Of a DNA stretch of 64,000 nucleotides, positions 11,117 through 26,914 are shown piece by piece. The first letter of the stretch is position 1. Each line of letters starts with the position of its first letter. Source of the stretch: Escherichia coli (lineage in GTDB: Bacteria > Pseudomonadota > Gammaproteobacteria > Enterobacterales > Enterobacteriaceae). Location of the stretch: assembly GCF_044324875.1 (NCBI RefSeq), contig NZ_CP172185.1, one strand, 5' to 3'. Position numbers and translations under genes: made by a program. The notes beneath the pieces are model-generated. The model saw only the letters and a program-made list of their open reading frames with translations, was not told the origin of the DNA and did no database searches.

Positions 11117-12115
11117 ATGAAAACGTTAGGTGAATTTATTGTCGAAAAGCAGCACGAGTTTTCTCATGCTACCGGTGAGCTCACTGCTTTGCTGTCGGCA
11201 ATAAAACTGGGCGCCAAGATTATCCATCGCGATATCAACAAAGCAGGACTGGTTGATATCCTGGGTGCCAGCGGTGCTGAGAACGTGCAGGGCGAGGTTC
11301 AGCAGAAACTCGACTTGTTCGCTAATGAAAAACTGAAAGCCGCACTGAAAGCACGCGATATCGTTGCGGGCATTGCCTCTGAAGAAGAAGATGAGATTGT
11401 CGTCTTTGAAGGCTGTGAACACGCAAAATACGTGGTGCTGATGGACCCCCTGGATGGCTCGTCCAACATCGATGTTAACGTCTCTGTCGGTACCATTTTC
11501 TCCATCTACCGCCGCGTTACGCCTGTTGGCACGCCGGTAACGGAAGAAGATTTCCTCCAGCCTGGTAACAAACAGGTTGCGGCAGGTTACGTGGTATACG
11601 GCTCCTCTACCATGCTGGTTTACACCACCGGATGCGGTGTTCACGCCTTTACTTACGATCCTTCGCTCGGCGTTTTCTGCCTGTGCCAGGAGCGGATGCG
11701 CTTCCCGGAGAAAGGTAAAACCTACTCCATCAACGAAGGAAACTACATTAAGTTTCCGAACGGGGTGAAGAAGTACATTAAATTCTGCCAGGAAGAAGAT
11801 AAATCCACCAATCGCCCGTATACCTCGCGTTATATCGGTTCACTGGTTGCGGATTTCCACCGTAACCTGCTGAAAGGCGGTATTTATCTCTACCCAAGCA
11901 CCGCCAGCCACCCGGACGGCAAACTGCGTTTGCTGTATGAGTGCAACCCGATGGCATTCCTGGCGGAACAAGCGGGCGGTAAAGCGAGCGATGGCAAAGA
12001 GCGTATTCTGGATATCATCCCGGAAACCCTGCACCAGCGCCGTTCATTCTTTGTCGGCAACGACCATATGGTTGAAGATGTCGAACGCTTTATCCGTGAG
12101 TTCCCGGACGCGTAA
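11117..12115 (+). CDS. fbp: Fructose-1,6-bisphosphatase class I
   Basis: 332-aa product from ATG 11117 ([23 protein letters not shown]...); ORF-track 10934 start is an upstream extension overlapping mpl start region. Confidence 0.96.
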
Positions 12116-12147
12116 TCTCCTGCGCCTCTCCACACGGAGAGGCGTTT

Positions 12148-13143
12148 TTATCGCTGCGCAATATTGACTCTTGTCACAGGCGAACTCTGACGATTCTCCC
12201 ACAGCACCGTTAATCCACGCTGTAATGCTATAAAAATAAACAACAAAATACCGATGGCGATTTTCGTCCACCATGAGCTCAGCGTGCCATCAAAGTTTAT
12301 GTAAGTCTGAATCAGTCCCTGAATCGCCACGCCAAAAAGCGTCCCTAATACCGTTCCAACGCCACCGCTCAAAAGCGTACCACCAATCACCACCGACGCG
12401 ATGGCGTCCAGTTCCACACCTACGCCCGCCAGCGCATATCCTGCCTGGGTATAAATCGAGAAGACAATCCCCGCCAGCGTTGCCAGTCCGGTGGAGAGCA
12501 TATAAATGCGAATAGTGGTGCTGCGAGTGGAAATCCCCATCAGGTTCGCCGACGTTGCGTTGCCGCCAATGGCGTATACCTGATTACCAAAACGGGTACG
12601 ATGCGCGAGGAATATGCCGATAACCACCACCGCCAGCATCAGCAGCCCCATCGTACTTAAGCGACCGCCGCCAGGGATTTTCCATGCAAGGCTTGAGAGC
12701 GTGTCATAAACAGGATGATTTATCGGGATCGACTCTTCCGAAACGAGATAGCTGACGCCACGCAAAAAGAACATTCCCGCCAGAGTAATAATAAACGCCG
12801 GGATCTTCAGGGCGTCGATCAAAAGCCCCATAAATGCGCCGAAGGCACAGCCCATCACCAGCACTAGCGGAAACGCCAGCAACGGCGAGAGGCCGAAATC
12901 GCCAATCACTTTTGCCAGAAACACGCCGGTAAAGGCGATCACCGAACCGACGGAGAGATCGATCCCACCGGAGAGGATCACAAAGGTCATACCAACGGCG
13001 ATTATCCCAAGAAAGGCATTATCAGTCAGGATATTGCAGATCACTCTTGTGGAAGCAAAACCGGGAAACTGGGTCAGACAGTAGATATAACCCAACACAA
13101 AGACGCCGATGGTGATCATCAGTGGCAAATTACGTTTTATCAC
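12148..13143 (-). CDS. yjfF: Sugar (galactofuranose-type) ABC transporter permease
   Basis: 331-aa polytopic membrane ORF, last gene of ytfQRT-yjfF cluster. Confidence 0.93.
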   Translation of the reverse strand: MIKRNLPLMITIGVFVLGYIYCLTQFPGFASTRVICNILTDNAFLGIIAVGMTFVILSGGIDLSVGSVIAFTGVFLAKVIGDFGLSPLLAFPLVLVMGCAFGAFMGLLIDALKIPAFIITLAGMFFLRGVSYLVSEESIPINHPVYDTLSSLAWKIPGGGRLSTMGLLMLAVVVIGIFLAHRTRFGNQVYAIGGNATSANLMGISTRSTTIRIYMLSTGLATLAGIVFSIYTQAGYALAGVGVELDAIASVVIGGTLLSGGVGTVLGTLFGVAIQGLIQTYINFDGTLSSWWTKIAIGILLFIFIALQRGLTVLWENRQSSPVTRVNIAQR

Positions 13144-14152
13144 GGTTACGTACCCCTTTAATCAGACTGATAAAGCGTTGCGACTGGACAATCAGCACGC
13201 AAAGCACCACCACCGCTTTCACCACCTGGTTCATCTCCGGCGGAAAGCCCGAAAGCAAAATTCCGGTGTTCATCCCCTGAATAATCAGCGCCCCCACCAC
13301 CGAAAGCAGTAGGTTAAAACGTCCGCCCATCAGCGAACCACCGCCAATCACCACCGCGAGAATGGCGTCCAGCTCCAGCCATAATCCGGCGTTGTTGGCA
13401 TCGGCACCGCGAATATCCGCCGCCACGATAATGCCCGCAATCGCCGCACATAGCCCGCTCAACACGTAGGTGAGCATGACGATGATTCGCGTGTTTACCC
13501 CGGCATTTTTTGCCGCCCGAATATTGATACCAACGGCTTCGATAAACATCCCCAGTGCCGTTTTGCGGGTCAACAGCCAGAACAGGAGAAGCGTCAGCAC
13601 CGCAATAATGACTGGCGTTGGCAGGAACAACAGCGATCCACTGCCGAACCAGGAGAGATCCGGTGAGTTAAATGTGACGATCTGTCCGGAGGTGATCAGT
13701 TGCGCCACGCCGCGCCCGGCGACCATCAGGATCAGGGTGGCGACAAACGGCTGAATTTTGAGGATCGCTACCAGTATGCCGTTCCACAATCCTGCCAGGA
13801 TGCCAGTGCCCAGGGCGCTTAACAAAACAATTGGCAGGCTGAATCCCGCGACCGTCATCGCAGCCGTTGTGGCTCCGGCGATAGCCATCACCGCCCCTAC
13901 GGAGAGATCAATCCCACCAGTGGCGATAACCAGCGTCATGCCAATCGCCAGTAGCGCAACGGGGGCCGCACGGTTAAGAATGTCGATAGGGCTACCGAAC
14001 AAACGCCCATCCTGAAGCACCACCTGCCAGAAATGCGGGGCCACCAGGCTATCGACCAGCAGCACCAGCAACAGTGCCGCCAGCTGCGGCATTCCTGTTG
14101 GCCAGCGAAAACGCCTTTTCGGCGGCGTAGTGTCCGGGAGAGATTGAGGCAT
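13130..14152 (-). CDS. ytfT: Sugar ABC transporter permease
   Basis: Polytopic permease; ATG at 14150-14152 (MPQSLPDTTPPKRRF...) with AAGGAG 7 nt upstream; ORF track starts at upstream TTG 14176; GTG 14155 is alternative. Confidence 0.9.
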   Translation of the reverse strand: MPQSLPDTTPPKRRFRWPTGMPQLAALLLVLLVDSLVAPHFWQVVLQDGRLFGSPIDILNRAAPVALLAIGMTLVIATGGIDLSVGAVMAIAGATTAAMTVAGFSLPIVLLSALGTGILAGLWNGILVAILKIQPFVATLILMVAGRGVAQLITSGQIVTFNSPDLSWFGSGSLLFLPTPVIIAVLTLLLFWLLTRKTALGMFIEAVGINIRAAKNAGVNTRIIVMLTYVLSGLCAAIAGIIVAADIRGADANNAGLWLELDAILAVVIGGGSLMGGRFNLLLSVVGALIIQGMNTGILLSGFPPEMNQVVKAVVVLCVLIVQSQRFISLIKGVRNRDKT

Positions 14153-14165
14153 CACACTGTTCTCC

Positions 14166-15668
14166 TTACACCGCAATGGCGTTCATGATCGCCGGAACGG
14201 AAAGCTCTGCCAGCGGGATCTCCGCCACCTGTTTGCGATCGCGCATGATAATCACCCGGTCGGCATAGCCCACCAGCTCTTCCAGCTCGGAGGAGATCAC
14301 CAGCAGCGCCAGCCCATCGGCGCACAGCGTTTCAATCAGGCGGATGATCTCGGCGTGGGCACCAACATCAATTCCGCGCGTTGGCTCGTCGAGGATCAGA
14401 AATTGCGGTCGGGTCAGTAGCCAACGTGAAAGCAACACTTTTTGCTGATTGCCGCCGGAGAGAAATTCAATCGGTTGTTCGGTGGAAGGTGTGCGAATGC
14501 CAAGCTGGCGGATAAAGCGTTCGGCAATCTCTTGCTGCTCTTTGCGGGAAATTGGTCGCAGCCAGCCGCGCTGGGCCTGGAGAGCGAGGATGATATTTTC
14601 CCGCACCGAGGCGGCGGCGATAATGCCATCGGTTTTCCTGTCTTCCGGGCAGAAGCCAATGCCCAGTACCGAAGCCTGATGTGGCGATCGCAGGGTTTGC
14701 GGTTTGCCTTTGATCAACGCCGTGCCGCTATCTGCGGGTTTGATACCGAAGATCACTTCGGCGGTTTCGGTACGTCCGGATCCCAGCAGACCTGCCAGAC
14801 CGACGATTTCGCCGGGGCGCACTTCGAGATCAAACGGTGCGATCGTTCCTTTTTTGCCGTAATTTTTGAACGCGGCAACGGGTTTGTCGCTCAGCAATGT
14901 TCGTCCGGCACGCTGTAGCGCGTGGGTGTCCAGCTCGCGCCCCAGCATCATTTTTACCAGTTCGATCTGCGGTAGCTCGCGGGTTTCCCGACAGCCTACG
15001 AAACTGCCGTTGCGTAAGACGGTGATCCGATCGCTGACCTGATAGACCTGATCGAGAAAGTGAGTAACGAAGATCAGGCTGACGCCGCGATCGCGCAACT
15101 GACGCATCAGGCCAAACAGCAACTCTACTTCCTGAGTGTCGAGGCTGGCGGTGGGTTCATCGAGGATCAGCACTTTGGCGGAGAGATCGATGGCCCGGCA
15201 AATGGCGACGATTTGCTGCATCGCCACTGAAAAGCGGTTGAGCGGTTCCCGCACGTCGAGGGAGAAACCGTAAGATGCCATCAGTTCGGTGGCGCGCTTT
15301 TCCATCTCTTTACGGCGTAGAAGGCCGAAACGTTTGGGTTCGCGACCTATGAATAGATTATCAGCGACCGACATATTGGGTAGCAGGTTGACTTCCTGAT
15401 AGACGGTGCCGATGCCGAGTTGTTGTGCATGGGCGGTATTTTTCGGTGAGATAGTCTGGCCTTCCAGCCAGATGGTGCCACGATCGGCGTGGTAGACACC
15501 GGTTAATGCTTTGATTAGCGTTGATTTTCCCGCCCCGTTTTCACCGAGCAGCGCCATGATTTCACCACGGCGCAGGCTGAAATCAACGTTGTCTAACGCT
15601 TTGACGCCGGGGAAAAATTTACTTAATCCTTCGGTGCGGAGGATTTCCTGGTGTTGGTCGGTCGTCAT
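14166..15668 (-). CDS. ytfR: Sugar ABC transporter ATP-binding protein (duplicated ABC domains)
   Basis: 500-aa ORF with two Walker A motifs (GENGAGKST ; GLLGSGRTE) and two signature motifs. Confidence 0.95.
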   Translation of the reverse strand: MTTDQHQEILRTEGLSKFFPGVKALDNVDFSLRRGEIMALLGENGAGKSTLIKALTGVYHADRGTIWLEGQTISPKNTAHAQQLGIGTVYQEVNLLPNMSVADNLFIGREPKRFGLLRRKEMEKRATELMASYGFSLDVREPLNRFSVAMQQIVAICRAIDLSAKVLILDEPTASLDTQEVELLFGLMRQLRDRGVSLIFVTHFLDQVYQVSDRITVLRNGSFVGCRETRELPQIELVKMMLGRELDTHALQRAGRTLLSDKPVAAFKNYGKKGTIAPFDLEVRPGEIVGLAGLLGSGRTETAEVIFGIKPADSGTALIKGKPQTLRSPHQASVLGIGFCPEDRKTDGIIAAASVRENIILALQAQRGWLRPISRKEQQEIAERFIRQLGIRTPSTEQPIEFLSGGNQQKVLLSRWLLTRPQFLILDEPTRGIDVGAHAEIIRLIETLCADGLALLVISSELEELVGYADRVIIMRDRKQVAEIPLAELSVPAIMNAIAV

Positions 15669-15699
15669 GGTTTCTCCCGGTGTAAAGCGTGCTCCCAGT

Positions 15700-15805
15700 A
15701 GGCATGATAAGACGCGGTAAGCGTCGCATCAGGCTTCAGTGCACCATCGCCGGATGCGGCGCGAGCGCCTTATCCGGCCTACGAATCGGCATCAGGCATA
15801 GCAAC
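15700..15805. repeat. REP/BIME cluster
   Basis: GCATGATAAGACGCGGTAAGCGTCGCATCAGGC ... GCCGGATGCGGCGCGAGCGCCTTATCCGGCCTACG units between ytfR and ytfQ. Confidence 0.85.
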
Positions 15806-15807
15806 CC

Positions 15808-16764
15808 TCAATACCCCATATTTTTCTTCTTCTCTAACTCTTCTTTTGCGGTATCAGGCAGGTAAAGGGTGGATTTGGTCAGTGTTAGCTTTTCAGGCAT
15901 GGTGCCGTCTTTTTTGTATTTCTCCAGCGCGTCGAAAGCAGGACCTGCCATGTTCGGCGTCAGTTCAACACTGGCGTTCGCTTCGCCATCAATCATCGCT
16001 TTGTAGATATCCGGTACGCCATCAATGGAACCCGTGAGGATATCTTTACCCGGCTTCAGGCCCGCTTCTTTAATTGCCTGAATTGCGCCAATCACCATGT
16101 CATCGTTATGGGCGTAAACCATGCAGATGTTTTTGCCGTTGTTTTCTGCTTTGATAAAGCTCTCCATGACTTCTTTGCCTTTACTGCGGGTGAAGTCACC
16201 TGACTGCGAGCGGATAATTTTGATGTTTGGCGCATTCTTAATGGCTTCGGCAAAGCCTTTCTTACGGTCAATGGCGACGCTGGCCCCAACAGTGCCCTGC
16301 AACTCCACCACGTTGCATGGTTTGCCATTCACTTCTTTTACCAGCCAGTCACCAATCAACTTGCCTTCGAGGATGTTGTCGGCGGTGACAGTGGTCATAT
16401 AGAGAGATTTGTCTTTCACATCGATGGAACGGTCAAGCAAGAAGACCGGGATTTCGGCATCTTTCGCCTCTTTTAATACCGGCTCCCAACCCGTCGCTAC
16501 CACCGGAGCGATAAAGATCGCATCCACCCCTTGCGCGACGAAGGAACGTACCGCTTTAATCTGGTTTTCCTGCTTTTGCTGACCATCGGCAATTTTCAAC
16601 GTAATTCCGCGCTTTTCGGCTTCACTTTTCGCCACATTGGTTTCTGCGGCGCGCCAGCCGGATTCCGATCCGACCTGCGAAAATCCAACGGTTAATGGAG
16701 CGGCCAACGCCATAGACGACATGGCTGCCGAGACTGCAGAGACTACAAGTAAGCGTTTCCACAT
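15808..16764 (-). CDS. ytfQ: Periplasmic sugar (galactofuranose)-binding protein
   Basis: 318-aa ORF with signal peptide MWKRLLVVSAVSAAMSSMALA and periplasmic-binding-protein fold signature. Confidence 0.95.
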   Translation of the reverse strand: MWKRLLVVSAVSAAMSSMALAAPLTVGFSQVGSESGWRAAETNVAKSEAEKRGITLKIADGQQKQENQIKAVRSFVAQGVDAIFIAPVVATGWEPVLKEAKDAEIPVFLLDRSIDVKDKSLYMTTVTADNILEGKLIGDWLVKEVNGKPCNVVELQGTVGASVAIDRKKGFAEAIKNAPNIKIIRSQSGDFTRSKGKEVMESFIKAENNGKNICMVYAHNDDMVIGAIQAIKEAGLKPGKDILTGSIDGVPDIYKAMIDGEANASVELTPNMAGPAFDALEKYKKDGTMPEKLTLTKSTLYLPDTAKEELEKKKNMGY

Positions 16765-16834
16765 AGGGTTGTCCTCGTCGGGGTAATTATTATTGGTGAA
16801 AAGATGTTCGCGAAAAAACTATAGACAATTCGTT

Positions 16835-16855
16835 ATGTAACGGATTGCGTTACAT
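16835..16855. promoter_or_regulatory. Operator-like palindrome ATGTAACG-GATTG-CGTTACAT upstream of ytfQ
   Basis: Perfect 8-bp inverted repeat with 5-bp spacer about 70-90 bp upstream of ytfQ start; binding protein unknown (inference). Confidence 0.35.
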
Positions 16856-17073
16856 CACACTTCAAAAAAGTAAATAAAACGTTAATCACAAGTTTGTAAT
16901 CGCTTTCATCTCACTATGAAAAATGCGGCTACGGTTATGGATTTTCCTGCTCTTTATACCATCTTAAAACTGGCTAAAAAGGAAAATGAAGAAGAAAACA
17001 AGCGAAGACATTCGGCGCGAGTTGGCTATAATACTCGGCACTTGTTTGCCACATATTTTTAAAGGAAACAGAC

Positions 17074-17604
17074 ATGAGCTTACTCAACGTCCCTGCGGGT
17101 AAAGATCTGCCGGAAGACATCTACGTTGTTATTGAGATCCCGGCTAACGCAGATCCGATCAAATACGAAATCGACAAAGAGAGCGGCGCACTGTTCGTTG
17201 ACCGCTTCATGTCCACCGCGATGTTCTATCCGTGCAACTACGGTTACATCAACCACACCCTGTCTCTGGACGGTGACCCGGTTGACGTACTGGTCCCGAC
17301 TCCGTACCCGCTGCAGCCGGGTTCTGTGATCCGTTGCCGTCCTGTTGGCGTTCTGAAAATGACCGACGAAGCCGGTGAAGATGCGAAACTGGTTGCGGTT
17401 CCGCACAGCAAGCTGAGCAAAGAATACGATCACATTAAAGACGTTAACGATCTGCCTGAACTGCTGAAAGCACAGATCGCTCACTTCTTCGAGCACTACA
17501 AAGACCTCGAAAAAGGCAAGTGGGTGAAAGTTGAAGGCTGGGAAAACGCAGAAGCCGCTAAAGCTGAAATCGTTGCCTCCTTCGAGCGCGCAAAGAATAA
17601 ATAA
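17074..17604 (+). CDS. ppa: Inorganic pyrophosphatase
   Basis: 176-aa [48 protein letters not shown]... (family I PPase). Confidence 0.97.
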   Translation: MSLLNVPAGKDLPEDIYVVIEIPANADPIKYEIDKESGALFVDRFMSTAMFYPCNYGYINHTLSLDGDPVDVLVPTPYPLQPGSVIRCRPVGVLKMTDEAGEDAKLVAVPHSKLSKEYDHIKDVNDLPELLKAQIAHFFEHYKDLEKGKWVKVEGWENAEAAKAEIVASFERAKNK

Positions 17605-17682
17605 GTTCTTCTAGCGTAATAACCCTGAACGCCGGGCTTCGGTTAGTAGGGGTTTTTTATGCCCGCGATAAATAAACACACC

Positions 17683-18033
17683 TTATTCCACCACCGCCTG
17701 CAAACGTAATAACGCCTCTTCCACCACCTCACCCGCAGCCAGACCAATACGCTTTGCCAGCCGGGCGCGTAGATCCATCATCCGCACCTGATTCACCAGC
17801 ACCACGCCGTGTACATCGCCTTCTTCGCAATGTAAAGGAACGCTAAATCCGGCATAACGGGCAAAATTTCCGCCCTGCGTAATGGGGGCCACCAGCGTCA
17901 TTCCCAGTTGATTAAAGGCTTGAACGGAGAGCACAAGCGCAGGTCGACCAGCACCTTGCTGTTCATGGCCGCTTGCTGGATCAAAGCCAACCAGCACAAT
18001 GTCTCCCCGTTCAAATTCACTTTTCTTTACCAT
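17683..18033 (-). CDS. chpB: Toxin ChpB (MazF-family endoribonuclease)
   Basis: 116-aa ORF MVKKSEFERGDIVLVGFDPASGHEQQGAGRPALVLS... PemK/MazF fold; overlaps upstream antitoxin gene by 7 nt. Confidence 0.93.
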   Translation of the reverse strand: MVKKSEFERGDIVLVGFDPASGHEQQGAGRPALVLSVQAFNQLGMTLVAPITQGGNFARYAGFSVPLHCEEGDVHGVVLVNQVRMMDLRARLAKRIGLAAGEVVEEALLRLQAVVE

Positions 18034-18278
18034 ATTTCGTCACCCGCAGGGGTGGATTTACCCCAGACATCCTGCTCGCTAAGTTCCGTGGCGTTCATGT
18101 CACACTGTGCCAGCAGTTCATCAATCGAGTAGCGCCTGGAGATGGGTGTCAGAATCAGTTGATTGTTGCTCACTTGCGCCTCCACGCTCTGCCCCGGCCG
18201 TAAGTTAAGTTCTTTCATCACAACATTAGGAATGACCATACCTGAACTGTTCCCCCATTTTTTTATGGTAATACGCAT
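18027..18278 (-). CDS. chpS: Antitoxin ChpS (MazE/AbrB-type)
   Basis: 83-aa product MRITIKKWGNSSGMVIPNVVMKELNL... (SpoVT/AbrB swapped-hairpin); ORF track begins 2 codons upstream. Confidence 0.9.
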   Translation of the reverse strand: MRITIKKWGNSSGMVIPNVVMKELNLRPGQSVEAQVSNNQLILTPISRRYSIDELLAQCDMNATELSEQDVWGKSTPAGDEIW

Positions 18279-18489
18279 CTGCACCTCCTTAAGTTATACA
18301 AAGTATAACTCACGGTGCTACAGGAAACGTTTTACCCCTGCGCATTTGTGAACGCCAGCAGAGTTTTTTATGCGTTAACAGATATGGAAAGCGGCTCGGA
18401 GAGAAAAGCAAAAGGTGAGGGAATTACAAAACAGAATGCGAGTCGTCTCGCAAAAAACAACGCCACCCGAAGGTGGCGTATGCGTATGG

Positions 18490-18831
18490 TTACTTATCCC
18501 TGTCTAACCAGTCGCCGCTTTCAATTAGCTTTAATCCATCGACGGGTCGTTGATAAACGTACATCCATGCACTCCCGTACGGCGTCTGAATCAACTGGCG
18601 CGCGTATTCACCGCCCCTGGTGCGCAAGGCATCAAGTTCGGCCAGCGTGGCGTTGTCAATACGATAAACTTCACCGTGTACTGTTCCGTTCCCCGGAACT
18701 GCGCCTGGATAGTGGCCCAGGCTATACAACTGGTAGTTATCGATACTGAAATCGCCCAGTAACTGGGCATTGGTCATCCAGTGACTGTTGCCTTGTTTGT
18801 GGCGTAAACTGCCGTAGACAAATATTCGCAT
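18490..18831 (-). CDS. ytfP: Gamma-glutamylcyclotransferase-like protein YtfP
   Basis: 113-aa ORF MRIFVYGSLRHKQGNSHWM... (GGCT/AIG2 fold, YGSL motif). Confidence 0.92.
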   Translation of the reverse strand: MRIFVYGSLRHKQGNSHWMTNAQLLGDFSIDNYQLYSLGHYPGAVPGNGTVHGEVYRIDNATLAELDALRTRGGEYARQLIQTPYGSAWMYVYQRPVDGLKLIESGDWLDRDK

Positions 18832-18833
18832 TG

Positions 18834-24385
<5,552 letters not shown>

Positions 24386-24548
24386 TTAAACGGCTTAACA
24401 AAAATCCAGTAATATGGATTAAAAAGCAGACTAAACCCCAAATATTTCTTATGTTTTACTTTAGACCTATTCACAGCGGTTATTGTGTGCAAATACGCCT
24501 CTTGTTACAACCTTAACCCCAATGACCGATTTTCGGGAGAGCGACACC

Positions 24549-25187
24549 ATGAGTTTATTTGATAAAAAGCATCTGGTTTCCCCCGCCGATGCCCTGCCTG
24601 GACGTAACACCCCGATGCCCGTAGCCACACTGCATGCGGTCAACGGTCACTCAATGACCAATGTACCTGACGGAATGGAGATTGCCATTTTTGCGATGGG
24701 TTGTTTCTGGGGTGTGGAGCGTCTGTTCTGGCAGTTACCCGGCGTTTACAGCACCGCCGCAGGCTATACCGGCGGCTAAACGCCAAATCCGACTTATCGG
24801 GAAGTGTGCTCCGGTGATACTGGTCATGCCGAAGCGGTACGCATTGTTTACGATCCTTCCGTCATCAGCTATGAGCAGTTGCTACAGGTATTTTGGGAGA
24901 ATCACGATCCCGCCCAGGGAATGCGTCAGGGCAATGACCACGGCACGCAGTATCGTTCAGCGATTTATCCGCTGACCCCAGAACAGGATGCTGCTGCTCG
25001 CGCCAGTCTGGAACGTTTTCAGGCGGCGATGCTTGCCGCCGATGACGATCGTCGCATCACCACGGAAATTGCTAACGCCACACCGTTTTATTATGCCGAA
25101 GATGACCACCAGCAATATCTGCATAAAAACCCGTATGGTTACTGTGGAATTGGCGGAATTGGCGTCTGTCTGCCGCCGGAAGCATAG
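24549..25187 (+). pseudogene. msrA: Peptide methionine sulfoxide reductase MsrA interrupted by in-frame TAA at codon 77 (24777-24779)
   Basis: Frame from ATG 24549 reads [10 protein letters not shown]...[31 protein letters not shown] then TAA, then continues in the same frame [27 protein letters not shown]... to 25187 (ORF track splits it into 24483..24779 and 24804..25187). MsrA family has a conserved Tyr at this position. Confidence 0.85.
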
Positions 25188-25231
25188 CGTTACGGGTACA
25201 AATGTAGATTGTTGATAAAGTGCTATTTGTC

Positions 25232-25332
25232 TATGCCGGATGCGGCGTAAACGCCTTGCCAGGCCTACAAAATCGTCCAAAATCAATATATTGTGGGGAC
25301 TGCGTAGGCCTGATCGGCATAGCGCATCAGCC
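25232..25332. repeat. REP/BIME cluster
   Basis: TGCCGGATGCGGCGTAAACGCCTTGCCAGGCCTACA ... TGCGTAGGCCTGATCGGCATAGCGCATCAG units after msrA. Confidence 0.85.
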
Positions 25333-25509
25333 AGTATTTCATTTATCAGCAGTCTGAATTTTAACCCTCTGGCGGCTTTACAGTACCTTACGCTATACTA
25401 GCCACTGAAAATGCCGGTTCACTTTCTTCGAATCGGCTTTCAATGTGTATTTCACACAAATTAATCAACTTCCCCTTCCGAGGATCTGGCCTGAAAGGTC
25501 GGATAAGAT

Positions 25510-26853
25510 ATGTTAAACAGTATTTTAGTCATACTCTGTTTGATCGCTGTAAGTGCGTTCTTCTCGATGTCCGAGATCTCGCTTGCCGCTTCACGCAAAA
25601 TCAAACTTAAACTGCTGGCTGATGAAGGCAATATAAATGCCCAACGCGTTCTGAATATGCAGGAAAATCCCGGCATGTTCTTTACCGTGGTCCAAATCGG
25701 TCTGAACGCAGTGGCGATTCTCGGCGGTATCGTCGGTGATGCGGCATTTTCTCCAGCTTTTCACAGCCTGTTCTCCCGCTATATGTCGGCAGAACTCTCT
25801 GAGCAACTGAGCTTTATTCTCTCTTTCTCGTTAGTGACTGGCATGTTTATCCTGTTTGCGGATTTAACCCCGAAACGCATCGGTATGATTGCGCCAGAAG
25901 CGGTGGCTTTGCGTATCATCAACCCGATGCGCTTCTGCCTGTACGTTTGCACCCCGCTGGTGTGGTTCTTCAACGGCCTGGCGAACATAATCTTCCGTAT
26001 TTTCAAACTGCCAATGGTACGTAAAGATGACATCACTTCTGATGACATCTACGCGGTAGTGGAAGCCGGTGCGCTGGCGGGCGTGTTACGTAAACAGGAA
26101 CACGAGCTGATTGAAAACGTCTTTGAGCTGGAATCCCGTACCGTTCCGTCGTCAATGACACCGCGTGAAAACGTGATTTGGTTTGATCTCCACGAAGATG
26201 AGCAAAGTCTGAAGAATAAGGTGGCGGAACATCCGCACTCTAAGTTCCTCGTCTGTAATGAAGATATTGACCACATCATCGGCTATGTCGATTCTAAAGA
26301 CCTGCTGAACCGCGTGCTGGCTAACCAAAGCCTGGCACTGAACAGCGGCGTACAAATTCGCAACACGCTGATTGTGCCGGATACGTTAACCCTTTCAGAA
26401 GCGTTGGAAAGTTTTAAAACCGCAGGTGAAGACTTCGCGGTGATCATGAACGAGTACGCGCTGGTAGTGGGGATCATCACCCTCAACGACGTGATGACCA
26501 CGCTGATGGGCGATCTGGTCGGTCAGGGGCTGGAAGAGCAGATTGTCGCCCGTGATGAGAACTCATGGCTGATTGACGGCGGCACCCCGATTGACGACGT
26601 CATGCGCGTGCTGGATATTGACGAGTTCCCGCAGTCGGGCAACTACGAAACCATCGGCGGCTTTATGATGTTTATGCTGCGTAAGATCCCGAAACGCACC
26701 GATTCGGTGAAATTCGCCGGCTACAAATTTGAAGTGGTGGATATCGATAACTACCGCATCGACCAGCTGCTGGTGACCCGAATCGACAGCAAGGCCACCG
26801 CCCTTTCGCCAAAACTGCCTGACGCTAAAGATAAAGAAGAAAGCGTCGCGTAA
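25510..26853 (+). CDS. ytfL: CNNM/CorC-family membrane protein YtfL (PaeA, polyamine exporter) with CBS pair and CorC_HlyC domain
   Basis: 447-aa ORF MLNSILVILCLIAVSAFFSMSEISLAASRKIKLKLLADEGN... (DUF21-CBS-CorC architecture). Confidence 0.94.
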   Translation: MLNSILVILCLIAVSAFFSMSEISLAASRKIKLKLLADEGNINAQRVLNMQENPGMFFTVVQIGLNAVAILGGIVGDAAFSPAFHSLFSRYMSAELSEQLSFILSFSLVTGMFILFADLTPKRIGMIAPEAVALRIINPMRFCLYVCTPLVWFFNGLANIIFRIFKLPMVRKDDITSDDIYAVVEAGALAGVLRKQEHELIENVFELESRTVPSSMTPRENVIWFDLHEDEQSLKNKVAEHPHSKFLVCNEDIDHIIGYVDSKDLLNRVLANQSLALNSGVQIRNTLIVPDTLTLSEALESFKTAGEDFAVIMNEYALVVGIITLNDVMTTLMGDLVGQGLEEQIVARDENSWLIDGGTPIDDVMRVLDIDEFPQSGNYETIGGFMMFMLRKIPKRTDSVKFAGYKFEVVDIDNYRIDQLLVTRIDSKATALSPKLPDAKDKEESVA

Positions 26854-26869
26854 CCCCCAGAAACATCAA

Positions 26870-26897
26870 CGGCTCCTGAATCAGGAGCCGTCTTATT
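26870..26897. terminator. Bidirectional terminator hairpin between ytfL and ytfK
   Basis: Perfect palindrome CGGCTCCTGAATCAGGAGCCG followed by T-rich tract. Confidence 0.6.
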
Positions 26898-26914
26898 ACT
26901 GCATAGCACTTTGG

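Noticed and set aside
17605-17682. Putative ppa terminator hairpin
   Set aside because: G-rich/T-rich tract present (GGGGTTTTTT) but I could not pair a convincing stem by eye, so it is not listed as a feature.
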